64,000 bases of DNA from Octopus vulgaris (taxonomy: Eukaryota): positions 16,678,001-16,742,000 of the forward strand of contig OX597816.1 in the NCBI GenBank assembly GCA_951406725.2, given 5' to 3'. A program made the translations under genes and the position numbers. Of the stretch, positions 26,428 to 41,662 are shown piece by piece. The notes beneath the pieces are model-generated. The model saw nothing but the letters and a program-made list of their open reading frames with translations. It was not told the origin of the DNA and ran no database searches. Position 1 is the stretch's first letter; each line of letters begins with the position of its first letter.

Positions 26428-26880
26428 TCTGCTTGCGAAGACCTGTTGAGGCAAGTGAAATCAAAATCAAATTCGATGTCTGGCATCCGTGCTAATGGAG
26501 CGCTAAGACAACCATCTGAGCATGATTATTGCCAACGTTGCTTTACTGGCACTTGTGCAGGTGGCACATGAAAAATATTTGGGCAAGGTCGTTGCCAGTG
26601 CCACTGGACTGGCTCCTGTGCAGGTGGCATGTAAAAAAAAACATTTGAGTGTGGCCATTGCCAGTACCGCCTGACTCGCCCTCAGGCTGGTGGCACGTAA
26701 AAGCACTCACTACACTCTCAGAGTGGTTGGCGTTAGGAAGGGCATCCAGCTGTAGAAACTCTGCCAGATCAGATTGGAGCTTGGTGCAGCCATCTGGTTC
26801 GCCAGTCCTCAGTCAAATCGTCCAACCCATGCCAGCATGGAAAGTGGACGTTAAACGATGATTATTATTATTATTATTAT
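26428..26880 (+). mobile_element. RTE 3'-UTR/tail repeat
   Basis: Same family. Confidence 0.8.
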
Positions 26881-27026
26881 CAATAAATGTAAACTGTCAT
26901 AATGTATCAACATATGGTATTTGAGATATCATTTCATAATGTATATCATAATGAACTACTATCAGTTGTAAGATACATCTTAAACTATATGCAGATGTTA
27001 ATTTTGGTGACAACAAATTTTGTTGG

Positions 27027-27167
27027 TGTTATGCAAATAACATTGATATAAAGAGCATGCGCATTAGACAGGAAGAGGAAGAGAAAGAACGGCCATTTGG
27101 AATAACGTACAAGATTATGACTAAAAATTAGATTCTTTGAACCAGGACTCACTGGTTATACATTACA
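27027..27167 (+). repeat. 5' LTR
   Basis: Direct repeat of 30176-30316, 12 mismatches in 141 bp by manual alignment. Confidence 0.95.
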
Positions 27168-27248
27168 ATCAGAGAAACTAATTTCTGGAAATACCCAATT
27201 GGGAAAAGTTGCAGAGCAGTCTATAGAGAAAGAAATTTGTGAAAAGAC

Positions 27249-28097
27249 GTGAACGATATAGAAAGATACTTGAAACCTGACAGATTGAATGTAGACCCAA
27301 ATTCTACAAATGTGAATAAAACTTTTAATCACTGGTTTAGAACTTTTACCAACTTTATAGGCTCACTACCAGGGCAGGAAAGTAGGATTATCAATAAACT
27401 CAATCTTTTGATTAATTACGTGGAACCGAACGTATATGATATTCATTGGTGAAGCTAAGAACTACGAACAAGCTGTGAATACATTAAAGAGTGTGTACAT
27501 TAAATCAAAGAACATCGTAATGGCATGGTATCTTTTAGCCACAGGAAAACAGAAACCAGGGGAATCTCTAGACCAGTTCTTAAATGAACTCAAAATATTA
27601 GTGAAAAACTGTGACTTTATTGCAGTGAGCGCTGAGCAGTACTGGTCCAAAATGATTCGAGATGCTTTTATAAATGGGCTCACTTCAAATCAAATACAAC
27701 AAAGACTATTAGAAAACCAAAGTGTCGACTTCAGTACAGGTTATGATCAAGCACATTTACAGATGTGGCGCAACAGAGTTCCAGTGTCTTTCTAAACTCT
27801 GAGGGTGCCAACTTCAGTCAAACTGCACCCATTGTAGCTAAGCCAATAGATTCCCCAAAGCAGGAAGGAAAACACTCTGCCATGACCCGAAAAGGAGACC
27901 CCTTTCAATGTTGGTTTTGTGGCTATTCTAGACACCCACAGACTCACTGCCCTTCATGGAAAGCAGTCTGTCACAAATGCCAAAAAATAGGGCATTTTGG
28001 AAAACTGTGTAGGAGCAACGCAGCAACTGTAACACAGGATGAGGGTAAATATGATTTGCCATTGGCAGTATCAGCATCAGCAGGTTCACCCTTCTGA
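27249..28097 (+). pseudogene. Gypsy gag, frameshifted
   Basis: Three overlapping ORF pieces (YLKPDRLNVDP; QKPGESLDQFLNELK; CWFCGYSRH..C and CHKCQKIGHFGKLC). Confidence 0.85.
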
Positions 28098-28099
28098 GT

Positions 28100-30060
28100 A
28101 ATCTCTATGGTGTTATACTGAACAATAGCTATAAAGCCAAACCATTAATTGATAGCGGCAGCACTGAGAAGAGCTTCATCAGTGAGAAGCTAGTGAACAC
28201 ACTCAACATCAAGACGGTCAAATTGAAGAATGTCATTGGTATAGCTTCTGCATCTCTTTCTGCAGAATCCAAGGGATACTGCACTGTTTCACTAGCCCTG
28301 AATAATCAGAAATACTACCATGTGAAACTGTACATGCTCAGAAACTTGTGCACTGACCTAATTCTGGGTACTGACTTCCAAGAACGGTATGAAAGTATTA
28401 CCATGCAATACGGAGGACAGAGACCACCAATAACATTTACTGCACTAACAGCTATGCAGAATGATCCTCCAAACCTATTCGCTCATCTCAGAGAGGACTG
28501 TAAACCTATTGCAGCCAAATAACAAAAATACTCAGAATGTGATCAAGAGTTCATCAGGACAGAAGTACGCCGCTTAGCAGATGCAAACATTATATTGAAC
28601 CTAGTAACTCCCCTTGGAGATTGCATGTGTTAGTTGTTCAAGACAAAAAAAAAACGAAGAATGGTGACTGAATACTCAGAGATGATTAACAAATATACAC
28701 AGCTTGATGCCAACCACTTTCCTAAAATTGATGAGTTACTGAACACTATCACCAAGTATAAGGTCTACAGTACTATAGACTTACGTTTGGCATACCATCA
28801 GATTCCTCTATCAGAGAAAGACCGTCAATTCACTGCCTTTGAAGCTGATGGTAAATTATGGCATTATACTCGGATTCAGTTCAGAGTAACTAACGGCAAC
28901 GCATGTTTCCAACGTATAATGGACAACTTCGTGAGTAAATACAAGCTGCGAGATACGTTCCCATTCATAGACAATTTAACCATATGTGGGAAAGATCAAA
29001 ATGACCACGATGAAAATTTAGAAAAATTTGAAATGGCAGCAAAAAGTGAAGGGCTTACCATGAATGAAGACAAATGCATTTACTCAACAACAACTCATGA
29101 CTTTCTTGGATACCGTACCTCACACAATACCCTCATCCCTGACCCAGAAAGGCTTGCTCCACTCCTCAATCTTCCTACACCAACTGACCAGAAATTATTA
29201 AAACGTATAGTCGGTATGTTTTCTTATTATGCTAAGTGGATTTCCAAATTTTCTGACAAAATATATTCTCTAAATAACGTATTAAAATTCCCTCTAAACA
29301 ACCAACAAGTAAAAGCATTTGAGTCATTAAAAGTAGAACTAGCCAATGCTGCCATTCAAGTAATAGATGGGAACATTCTATTTACTGTTGAGACAGATGC
29401 TTCGGATTTTGCCATATCTGCGACACTAAATCAAGATGGAAGACCAGTAGCATTCCATTCTCACACGCTGCAAGTTAGCGAACAGTACCACTCCTCAGTT
29501 GAAAAGGAAGCCCAAGCAATTATCAAATCAATTCATCATTGGAGACACTTTCTTCTAGTTAGACATTTTACATTAATTACTGATTAACATTCTGTTGCAT
29601 TCATGTATAATTATAAAGTGACGAGCAAAATTAAAAATGATAAAATTATGAGATGACGCATTGCATTATCTCCATATTCATATGATATTCACTATTGCCC
29701 AGGATCCAGTAACATTGCTCCAGATGCATTCACAAGGGTATGCTGTTCAGCAATTAGTTCACATTCACTTTATGAGTTACATGTAGCGCACTGTGCCATC
29801 CTGGTGTAGTACGCCTTCGTCATTTCGTCTGCAGTAGATATCTTCCATATTCATTAGAGAACGTGAAACAAATATGTAGGAGTTGCTCTATATGTCAAGA
29901 AGTGAAACCACAATATTATAAACCAGACTCAGTTAATTTAATTAAGGCGGCCATGCAGCCCTTCAAGTGAATTTCCATCGATTTCAAAGGTCCGATTTCT
30001 TCCATGAAGCATCCTTATCTCCTAACAATAGTTGACAAATACTCTCGGTTTCTATTTTGT
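28100..30060 (+). pseudogene. Gypsy pol (protease-RT-RNase H-partial integrase) with stops and frameshifts
   Basis: LIDSGSTEKSFI; IDLRLAYHQI; FTAF; PFIDNLTICG; VETDASDFAISATL; ISIDFKGP. Confidence 0.9.
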
Positions 30061-30175
30061 TAAGAACAAAAAGAAGAATCCCCTCAGCTGTGTTGATCAC
30101 GAAGGATTCAGAAAGGCCTGGAAAGGCTTGATCTATGATTTTTGTTTTTTCCTTTTTTTTCTAGGAGGGAGTGAA

Positions 30176-30316
30176 TGTTATACAAATATCATTGATATAA
30201 AGAGCATGCACTTTAGACAGGAAGAGGAAGAGAGAGAACGGCCATTCGGAATAACATACATGATTATGACTAAAAATTAGTTGCTTTGAACCAGGATTTA
30301 CTGGTTATACATTACA
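30176..30316 (+). repeat. 3' LTR
   Basis: Preceded by polypurine tract, ends in TTACA, followed by TSD GTTGG. Confidence 0.95.
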
Positions 30317-30930
30317 GTTGGTGTCCTGTGATCTGAGACCAATTTAAATTTTTATTCAAGAAGAAAACACTTAGCTTTTCAAATAAACAACACAGCCACC
30401 AGATGCAACTTCCTTTTCAATATTTATGTATCTTGTTTTCCCTATGGTTAATGTTCTCAACACTTGTGAAAGTATTCTTGATGCTATTTTACACTTGTGT
30501 CAGTTAGGCCACTGGTTCCGATACAAAACAACAGTTTTATATACTTACACACCTGTTACTGGACACCTGCCAAACACGGAACACATGTTTAAAGTGATGT
30601 AAGCAATGTTATGTGGTCTGAATAATGATCGATATATATATGTATATATTTCTGTAGTATATGTATTTATATATATATATGCCACAGAAATTGACGACAC
30701 CAAGATCTATAATTCTCAAAACTAAATGATAATCTGGCGATGTACCATCTTTTGTGAGTCTATATGCCATAAAAGATAATTCATCAGTCTTTAACCCAGA
30801 CTTAGTTTGAGTGATTATTTTAATGTTCTAATGATCTTATCTATTTTGATGTGTAAACTACCAACAGTTTTAGTCACAACACATACATCAAATTGATAAA
30901 TAATAACTTTATCATTGTCATTTCCAAGAT

Positions 30931-31326
30931 CATCATCATCATTGTTCGACCGTGGTCGAGACAATGGAATTTACCATGCTACGCCAGATTTCACGGTCCA
31001 TCATGGCATTACGGAGGTCCTGTTGCTGGATGCCTGTATCCCTGGAGATTACATCAGGGTAGGAGAGTGTGCGCCCTCTGGTATTGCGAGTAGGTGGCTT
31101 CCAGAGGAGAAGAGTAGAGATTACTTCTTTTTCAGCTCTACAACAATGTCCAGCAAACTGGACTCTCCTATCTTTCACAAGAGATGACACAGGTGGTAGG
31201 TTCCCATATATTTGCATTTTGGTTGGATGGCGCTTCCATGAGAGATTTTGAGCTCTCATAAGGAGGCGAGTGTAGGTTCCATCCAACCGCCTCTCAAGCT
31301 TCTTTGATAACGTCCAGGTTTCTGAG
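30931..31326 (-). mobile_element. 5'-truncated RTE-type LINE (second family)
   Basis: GSETWTLSKKLERRLDGTYTRLLMRA..FAGHC..DREIW with stop running into (GAT)n; candidate TSD ccaagat 30924-30930 / 31327-31333. Confidence 0.85.
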
Positions 31327-31519
31327 CCAAGATACTTGATGGATCTTATCATCTAGCTCCAGAATGGCTCCCAATAATATGCTAAGTTCTGTGTGGGAAA
31401 GGAGGATATTGAAATCCATAACCACCAAAGCCTGAAGGCAAGGAACATGAGCAAGAATAGCCAATGTTTGTATCGTATACTTTTGTATCAGAAATGAGTG
31501 CCTTAGGGGAAGAAAGTGT

Positions 31520-31797
31520 GCGTCGCCTTGACTGGCTTCTGAGCCGGTGGCACGTAAAAAACCACCAATCCGATCGTGGCTGTTGCCAGCCTCGTCCGGC
31601 ACCTGTGCCGGTGGCATATAAAAAGCACTCACTACACTCACAGAGTGGTTGGCATTAGGAAGGGCATCCAGCTGTAGAAACACTGCCAGATCAGACTGGA
31701 GCCTGGTGCAGCCTCCTGGCTTCCCAGATCCCGGTCGAACCGTCCAACCCATGCTAGCATGGAAAACGGACGTTAAACGATGATGATGATGATGATG
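31520..31797 (+). mobile_element. RTE 3'-UTR/tail repeat
   Basis: Same family, (GAT)n tail. Confidence 0.8.
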
Positions 31798-34249
31798 AAT
31801 ATACAAGTAAGGGAGAAGTAGAGTATGTACAAGAACAAAACTTGCATATTCAACACCAATAATGCACTTGAATGCTTTTTTTGTATGTACTCAGAAGAAC
31901 TAATAATTTCTGATAGAAATGTTGAAGAAAATATTAAAATAATTCACTTATCATACAAGTTCTTCAAATAACAATGTTGTAGATATGTGTTTTCTATTTT
32001 CACACAATTTGTGCATAGAAAGTTGTGAGTTTTTCAAGTATTCAGCAATATATTAAGTATGCTCATATTTAACCCTTCTTAAATGAAAAGAAAAATTATT
32101 CCATGAAATAACATAAATAATAAAAAAATTCTCATCATTTTTGTTTTTTTTCTTTCTATACACACCTGCTCCAGTTTCAACAAAAATATTTTTATTTAGC
32201 CCCAGGTTAACACTTATTGAGCAGACCAATAATTAGTAGGCCTTCTAACCATAACCATCTGTATTTTAAGGTTATCTTGAACACCATTATCTACTGTGCA
32301 CTTTTCTTTTATATATAAGAGTAGCAAGTGATTTGTGAGAAATCTAGTTGCTGTATCTTCCTGGTCAGACCTTGTAAATACTTCACGTTGTAAATATCAT
32401 CTACTTTTTTTCTTAGTAATCACCTAGTTTATATTTCCTATTTTTTATCAACCAGATACAATATATCAGATTTCTGTCAAATGTTGTTTCTTTTTCATAA
32501 CTACAAACTCTTACATGTATACATAAAGGAAATGGCCTTTGTAGACAACTGGGAACCATCATATCCACAGGATTTTCAAAGTATTCATATTAAAGTAATA
32601 AGAGGAAAACTGAATGCTAAGCTGTAAATATTGTAAAAATGGAAATAGGAGGGAAAAGAAAAAAAATTCACACCAGTGTATCCATTGGATGCATAAAGAA
32701 ATGAATATGCTATAGTTTTTATAGTCATAGAAATAGCAAAAACTTCAATAGCTGCTAACATTAGAGCAGCAGTAGAAATATGGTAGAATCAACAGAAAAG
32801 AAAAATATAAAACGAACCAGAAACCATAAAATAAAATATGTCTGCTTAGTAATATTAAAAAATATTTGAGAATGTAATGAATGATGCTATATTAAAAAGT
32901 TTTACATATAAAACCTATGACATTATATTTTTAACAATCTAGGGGTGCAAAATACGATAAGTAGCTATGTATTGCTGCTGCAAAATATTATTGCCCTCTT
33001 AAAAGGATAAAAGGCAGTTCATTAATGTTTATTATTACCTTATATTCACGAAAAAAGAGAAAAAAGAAAGCAGAACCAAAATAAATAAATGTGTATAATA
33101 GGATGTATTTATGAACTAAAAATATTATGTCACTGACATTTTAATTCTTTTTTTATGATATTCAAATATATTAAAATCTGATATAAAAAAAAACCTTTAT
33201 TATATTATTTTTGGTTTTTATACCTCGTTAAATGTGAAAGCACAAGCTTGTTTATTTAAAACCACCATATGTGACTGTTATTGTCACATTATGCTTTTGA
33301 AGAATATGCTTTTGGTTAATTGCTTAATCTTTCAAAATAATCTTTCGGAATAGTTTTGTTCTTTCAGCCAATAAAATAGAGCAAATCAAAAAATAATTTG
33401 GGGTTTAGAATGATGTATAACATTTAATTTCATCTGCACCCACTTATTATCATATCCACATCATGTTTTAATCATTAGCATTATGTAACATCTTTCTATT
33501 TGTTAATATCGCTACTTGTTTATTTGGCTTTCTTCCTATCTAATTATGCTCATTTTGGTTAAGGCTGTTTGATGTTGTGAATCTCAAGGCAGAAATTATT
33601 TGGTGTTAACAATCTATGAAACACTTAGGTAGCAATAAAGCTAACCTTAAAAATGCCAAAAGAGAAATTTTATTAACTTTACTACCACAATCAATTGCAG
33701 TCTAAAGATTATAAAATCAGTTTTTGACAGAGATAAAAATAACTATGTAATAACATATCTAATATTTTCACTAAACTAATATAATCCGATTTTTTTTTTT
33801 CAAATTTAACATAAGTTATCAGTTGGCTTTTTTTAATTCACTGCATACTGAAATTTTTATTAAACTAAAGTTTATTTTTATCCAAAGAAATCATCTCATG
33901 TGATGCTATAAAATTATTTTTGAAGAAAATTTAACTGTGTAAGATAAATTCCTAACTTTTATTAATATTTAATTTCACCACAGCACAACTTGAACAAACC
34001 ACTCTCTACATACAGAATGCAACTTGGATCTTTGCTGACTGCTTAACTATTGAACATCGTCTCTAAATTTCCTTCAGTTACCCTTGTTCAGCCTTTTGTT
34101 CTATCTAAACAAGAGAAAGTCACGACTTCTTTATATCATTAAAAAGGTCATTTAGCCAAATAAATGAACTTTCTTAAAATCAAAATAGGAAAAATGGAGC
34201 TAACATTTCTAATTACTATTTAGACATTAAAAAAAACAAAAAAACATTC

Positions 34250-34542
34250 AAGTAAGGTCATTGCCAGTGCTGCTGGACTGGCTCTTGTACAGGTGGCACG
34301 TAAAAAACACCATTTGAGCATCACCGTTGCCAGTACTGCCTGACTGGCCCCCGTGCCGGTGGCATGTAAAAGCACCCACTACACTCTTAGTGTAGTTGGT
34401 ATTAGGAAGGGCATCCAGCTGTAGAAACTCTGCCAGATCAAGATTGGAGCCTGGTGCAGCCATCTGGTTCGCCAGTCCTCAGTCAAATCATCCAACCCAT
34501 GCTAACATGGAAAGCAGACGTTAAATGATGATCATGATGATG
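34250..34542 (+). mobile_element. RTE 3'-UTR/tail repeat
   Basis: Same family. Confidence 0.8.
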
Positions 34543-35399
34543 AATTTTATAACTGCTGCTTTCAACTTTTCTAGAAGAGCAGACATTTCAAGAAAACAAT
34601 AATAGTAGGTGAAAGAGGATTTCTAACCTGGTAAATCAACTTTTGTAGAGATGGATCTAGTCACAAATTATATTAATATTATGAAATCCAAATCATTACT
34701 GACTGTTAACAAAGCAAACACAAAGAAATCATAATATTGTGTACAGAGGTGTTAAGTATAGTATTTCTTTTATTTTTCTTCTGGTTTCATGAGTGACAAA
34801 GTTAAAATTTCGACACAGTGTTGTCTTCTTTTAAGTGACACCATTTTGTTAAACATTAACAAACACAGAGACAAACAAGTCTAGTCTATTTTAGCAGGTG
34901 AAAGAATATTGCTCTTCTTATAATATTTTGAAAGATTAAGCGATTAAATGTATGCAATCAATCACTTATTCATACATATGTATGTATGCATGTATGTATG
35001 TATGTATGTATGCATGTATATATGTATGTATGCATGTATGTATGTATGTATATATGTACGTACATACATACATACAAAGCTGCACATGCACTGACTCCAA
35101 ATACTGTACCCATACACACATACATGCAAAAATACCCTGTTGATGTTAAAGAAATTCCAATGAAGGAGCCTTGGATCTAGGTTAGAAACTGTCACTTTCT
35201 TTATAGAGAAGAAATCTTGAAATAAAACTGAATAATAACATACATGCCTTTATTATCCAAGAACAAACGATAGTTACAAAATGCCTAATCAACAAAAGAG
35301 ATAATGACACCCTTAAGCCTCAATGCTATGACAGAAAGTATTGGTTATGCTATACGGGTGTTGAAGATATCACTTGTATCACCAGTAACTGCCATAAAG

Positions 35400-35940
35400 G
35401 TCTATGGGATACTACCTCCCTATGAGACATCACATTGTCACAAAGACAATTTACAATGCTGTACACAAGAGGGAGGCCCCAGACAGTCATACCAAGGCAC
35501 AGCAGAACCTGGGAGCAATCACATCTTTAAAAATGAAGAATAATGGTGAAACATTCCAATAAAAACAGCATCCTGGTATAAAGACAACAGGCCAGATATG
35601 GTTGTATGGGAAAGGGATCATAAATTATGTATTGTTTTTAAGATCAGCTGATTAGTGGATGCGAATGTCTCTTCAGAAATTGGGGAAGAGGAGAACATCT
35701 ATGGAGAACTGATGAGAAGTCTACAACTCTAATATCCAGGCTACAGATTTTCATTCTTTCTTATTATCATAGGAACACTGAGCAATGTAACAAATGATTT
35801 GCATAAAATCCTAGAAATTCGTAGGTTCTCCACAAAAGGAAGAAAATTTATTGACATTCTCCAGATACCACCAATCAGAGGAATTGTAAACGTTTATGAA
35901 ACATTTCAGGGATTCTCCATTTAGATTTACAAGGTGAACA
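35400..35940 (+). mobile_element. R4/Dong-like non-LTR fragment (restriction-like endonuclease region)
   Basis: KDNRPDMVVW..KEENIYGELMRSLQL..YRFSFFLIIIGTL. Confidence 0.65.
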
Positions 35941-36012
35941 TATGCACCTAACCACACACACAGACCCCAGTTGAACCGTCCAACCCATGCTAGCATGGAG
36001 AACGGATGCTAA

Positions 36013-36053
<41 letters not shown>

Positions 36054-36315
36054 ATATATATATATATATGGAATACTTATATATGCACGAGAATAAACAG
36101 TAGTGAAACATACACACTTGTGTTCTTTTGTGACTTACACACCATAAATGCATGTTTATCCACACACACACATGGACACAGGAAACATACACACATATAT
36201 AAATACATTAACCAATTCAGGAAATGATAAACTCAAAGAATTGTCTTGACTTAAACAAAAGAGCATTGCCACTTTGTTAGTGATTGGCTTGAATCTTGCA
36301 TTGGCAAAAAACTCA

Positions 36316-37535
<1,220 letters not shown>

Positions 37536-37984
37536 ATGGCATAGATACATATATATATATGATAATGATTTTGGCAAGTTCCCACTTTCCAAATTCTACT
37601 TAAAGTTCATGTAAGAAGAGAGATGTTTTAGAGTAGTTTAAGATGGGCAGTCGTTGTGAAGGTTTTCAAATATTGTAGAGTGACAGATTGAACATGGTTT
37701 GTTAAATATGTTAGTGAAATGAGAATACATCTGATTATCAAAAGTGCTGGCTAATATCTGGTGTAGATCTGACTACACTACTGCAAATGAGTAAGACATG
37801 CTGGGAAATAGCATAAGTAGACAACAGCAAAAACCAGGGCTGAAGAGAGACCAATTTTAGTTCAGGCTAGGATCACTGAGGATCACAATGAAGATAATGA
37901 ACAAATGAAATAAATGAAAATTGATATCAATGTGGGTAAACTGACATTATAAAAATTACGACAATGTTGATGATGATCATGTCA

Positions 37985-38360
37985 TCTCTCTATATATAAA
38001 CGGCAGTTTGTCTGTGTGTGTGTCTGTGTGTCTGTTAGGTTGTACCCTCACCCTGACCACGGCTTTCAACCGATTCTGATGAAACTTGATACACACATAG
38101 CCCAATGTCATAATTCAAAACTAACGCAGCGAAAATTTTGAAAAGTTCCCCCAGTTCTGAAAAAAATCGATAAATTCGACATGGGGTCGAGAATCAGAAA
38201 CACAAACCACAGACTGTCTAGGGGACGCAACTTCACCTTTTTTAACTCTCAAAAAAAAATTTACCATCATTTTTTTTGCTATTTTTTGGCTATAACTCTC
38301 TAAAAATGCTTTCTAGTTATTTCCCTTACAAACCCGAGCAACGCCGGGTGATACTGCTAG
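37985..38360 (+). mobile_element. Non-autonomous Helitron with family B 5' part and family A 3' end
   Basis: A|TCTCTC start and CTAG|T end; 5' ~205 bp match 46553-46951, last ~70 bp match family A. Confidence 0.85.
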
Positions 38361-38618
38361 TCATATATATGTACATCATCATAAAATTTGGAATATGCAG
38401 CAGCTCTCATTCTCTAAAGGTAAAAAATTATGAAAATACAGTTAAAACACCAGGCCCAATCCATATTTTTGTACAGAAAATATTACTGCGTGAAGCAGAT
38501 GAAAAAAATCCTCCTCTGAATATGATTGGTCCATCTTAGTTAATATTTCCTGAATCTCTGCTGTTAGTACCTATATCAGAGACTTGGGTAGTTTGAGATA
38601 TACAAAAGTGAGTCCAAA

Positions 38619-38910
38619 TCATCATCATCATCATCATCATCGTTTAACGTCCACTTTCCATGCTAGCATGGGTTGGACGTATGACTGAGGGCTGGCGAAC
38701 CAGATGGCTGCACTAGGCTTCAATCTTGATCTGGCATAGTTTCTACAGCTGGATGCCCTTCCTAACGCCAACCACTCCGAGAGTGTAGTGAGTGCTTTTA
38801 TGTACCACCGGCACGGAACCAGTCAGGCGACACTGGCAACGACCTCGCTCGAATCTTTTACAGATGCCACCAGCATGGGTGCCAGTAAGGCGATGCTGGT
38901 AATGATCCCA
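38619..38910 (-). mobile_element. RTE 3'-UTR/tail repeat
   Basis: Same family, reverse. Confidence 0.8.
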
Positions 38911-39303
38911 CTACCAGCAAATATACACTGAAATTCTTGCAGTGAAGTTGAACTCATGATCTTTGAGCCTATATTCTGATACCACATACTTTTGGTAATT
39001 TCTCTTCCACCTGATATAAATTTTGTTTTAAAAACTCCATTTTTCCCTTTTTTTGCTAAGCGTAATCTTATGTTTTCTCCTTTCCAGAATAAATCCTTTC
39101 TTCTTCCCAAAATAAATCTGCCTTTTGTATTAAAATGTTCTGCCATCATGTCTCATCTTTCAGTTATTATGCATTCCGGCTTTTAAGTTCTCTTCATAGA
39201 ATTTCTTTTCATTTTACTTTCATAGCATTTATTCTGAATTCTCTAGCTCGAAAAGTAAAAAAAAAAAAAAAAATGCAGTCATGTGATAGGTACGAAGCCA
39301 AAA

Positions 39304-39316
39304 AAATAATAATGGC

Positions 39317-39360
<44 letters not shown>

Positions 39361-39392
39361 TGATAACAATAATAATAATAATAATAATAATA
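39304..39392. repeat. (AAT)n microsatellite
   Basis: Direct reading. Confidence 0.95.
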
Positions 39393-40093
39393 GATATGTA
39401 AAAACAGCAGAAACAATATTTCTCCATTTGTTGTTTAAGTTGAATGATAAGTATAAAGTAACGAAATTGAAAAAGCAACAAATTGATGAAACCAGTATGA
39501 CACCATGGAGAGAAATTGTGAGAAGGAGTCTATTGACGTGAATGAGATACAAATTATGCATAAAATATAAAAGATGAATAGCTTACTAAATACCTTACAT
39601 GCAAGACAAATGAATTACCATATAAGTATGAAGTGAGTTGCTATTTATAACAGGAAATCTTGTTGAAATCTTCACTTATTTTGCAAATATATTCTAATAC
39701 GATAGTTTAGAGTTACAAACTTAAGTAAACAAGTTTATTTAAGTTTGTAAAAAAAGTATTTCTCTAAATTAAAGACTAGAAAAATGTTTTATATCCTTTC
39801 GCTTATTTTCTTACATATACCTATCAAAAAGAAAAAAAACTGATGCCAAAGAACTATTAACTCAAGTATATTTGTTCAATGAATATTTAATATCCAAAAT
39901 ATTATTAAAAATTTGTGTTGCCTCTCTCTACAAGAACATATAAATTCTAATATCTCATAATATTTTGTGTATCATATACAATAGAATCATCATCATCAAC
40001 ATTGTCAGCAGGTGTTAGCTTTCCTTGTTGCCATGGGTTAGATGGGTTGTCACAGTCTGAGTGTGAGACCCATTGAGACCTATTGATAATTAA

Positions 40094-40204
40094 GGTTATT
40101 TCGACAGGTATTCTATAGAAATCAGATGTAAAAAGACAAAGAGACCAGCGATAACAAAAATCAATGCTGGCTATAATTTCTACAGAATACCTGTAGAGAT
40201 AACC
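40094..40204. mobile_element. Kolobok-like MITE
   Basis: TTAA on both sides, TIR of about 29 bp starting GG (ggttatttcgacaggtattctatagaaat / atttctacagaatacctgtagagataacc). Confidence 0.6.
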
Positions 40205-41279
40205 TTAACAAGTGGTGTAAAATGCACTGCTAACACAGTAGAACATGTTATTGACTTATAAAAATTGTTTAATACACCTTATAGTATATTATGGTTGCAT
40301 AACAAAATAAGGTGTGCCTACAAGTCATTAAGAGCTATCGATCTCCTAGATAGGTCAGATAACTATGACTTACTTATACACTAATTTTTGGCATAGTGTT
40401 TTGGCTGTTTGCCCTTCTGACCATCAACTATTTTACAGCTTGCTTTGGGTGCATTGTATCATGGCAACAGTACTAGAGAGTTATAATGTCCTCAATGAGA
40501 CAAGATTAAAAGGTCCTGTCAAGTGTATGTCACCTGAGCTTGATAAACTACTTCACAAAGTACAGGGGCATTTTATCATAGCACCTGCATCAGTGAAGCT
40601 GCCTTGTTTCTCACAAGACTAAAGAGTATTTACTGGTCTGCATTGTTTCCATTTGTTCATGATAACATGACCATTATTGCAGACAGAAGAGATGGAAGTT
40701 GCTGAAGGTGAATGAGAGGGAGAGACAAAATGATGGGTGGTGGGGACAGTATGATTGTGGAATGTGAAAAGACAGGGAGAAATGGGTGAGACAGTGTTGG
40801 AAGGAGTAAGAGAAGAAAGACACAGTAATGGCAGGGTATATATGAGGAAGTGAGAGAGAGAGAGAGAGTAATGGCAGAATGTAATGGGAGAGAAACATTA
40901 ATGATAGTTACATGTTGCGTGTAAAGGAAAGATTATGTGGTGGATTTGTGCTTCTACACAAATGGTGCAGAAGTAACAGAGTATGCTGGAGGACAATAAT
41001 CTCTGAGAGAGAGAGATATTATTGGCTAGTAGTAAAGAAAGCTGTTAGCTGGTAAGAGAGAGTGTGAATGGTGAATATTTGAGATCATGATGGTAAGAAA
41101 GCGATGAATTTTAATTGAAAAGTAACCTGAAAGAGAGGGAATTATAGCAGCTCAGAGGGATAAATGAAGATGTGTGTGTGATAACTGATTTGATGCAGTC
41201 CCTCATTTGGCATCATGATACTGATACAAGAGTATGACAAATCTTTGTGGATATGCTGGAAAAATAAAGTTAAGGAGAA

Positions 41280-41662
41280 ATCGGAATCGAAATCACTCAA
41301 AAATCTATGGAAACTGTAGTTGTGATACCAGTGCCAGTAGTACGTAAAAGAACCATCCGAATGTGGCCGTTGCCAGTGCTGCCCCGACTGGCCTCCGTGC
41401 CGGTGGCACGTAAAATGCATCAACTGATTGTGGCCATTGCCAGCCTCGCCTGGCACCATGCCGGTGGCACGTAAAAAGCACCCACTACACTCACGGAGTG
41501 GTTGGCGTTAGGAAGGGCATCCAGCTTTAGAAACACCGCCAGATCAGACTGGGCCTGGTGCAGCCTCCTGGCTTCTCAGACCCCTAGTTGAACCGTCCAA
41601 CGCATGCTAGCATGGAAAGCAGACGTTAAACAATGATGATGATAATGATTATGATGATGATG
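41280..41662 (+). mobile_element. RTE 3'-UTR/tail repeat
   Basis: Same family, three internal units. Confidence 0.8.

Larger units (their letters stand above)
27027..30316 (+). mobile_element. Ty3/Gypsy LTR retrotransposon, decayed, integrase internally deleted
   Basis: 141-bp TG..CA LTRs at 27027-27167 and 30176-30316; 5-bp TSD GTTGG (27022-27026, 30317-30321); PPT aggagggagtgaa; gag with CCHC knuckle, protease LIDSGS, RT, RNase H (TDASDFAI), integrase N-terminus. Confidence 0.95.
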
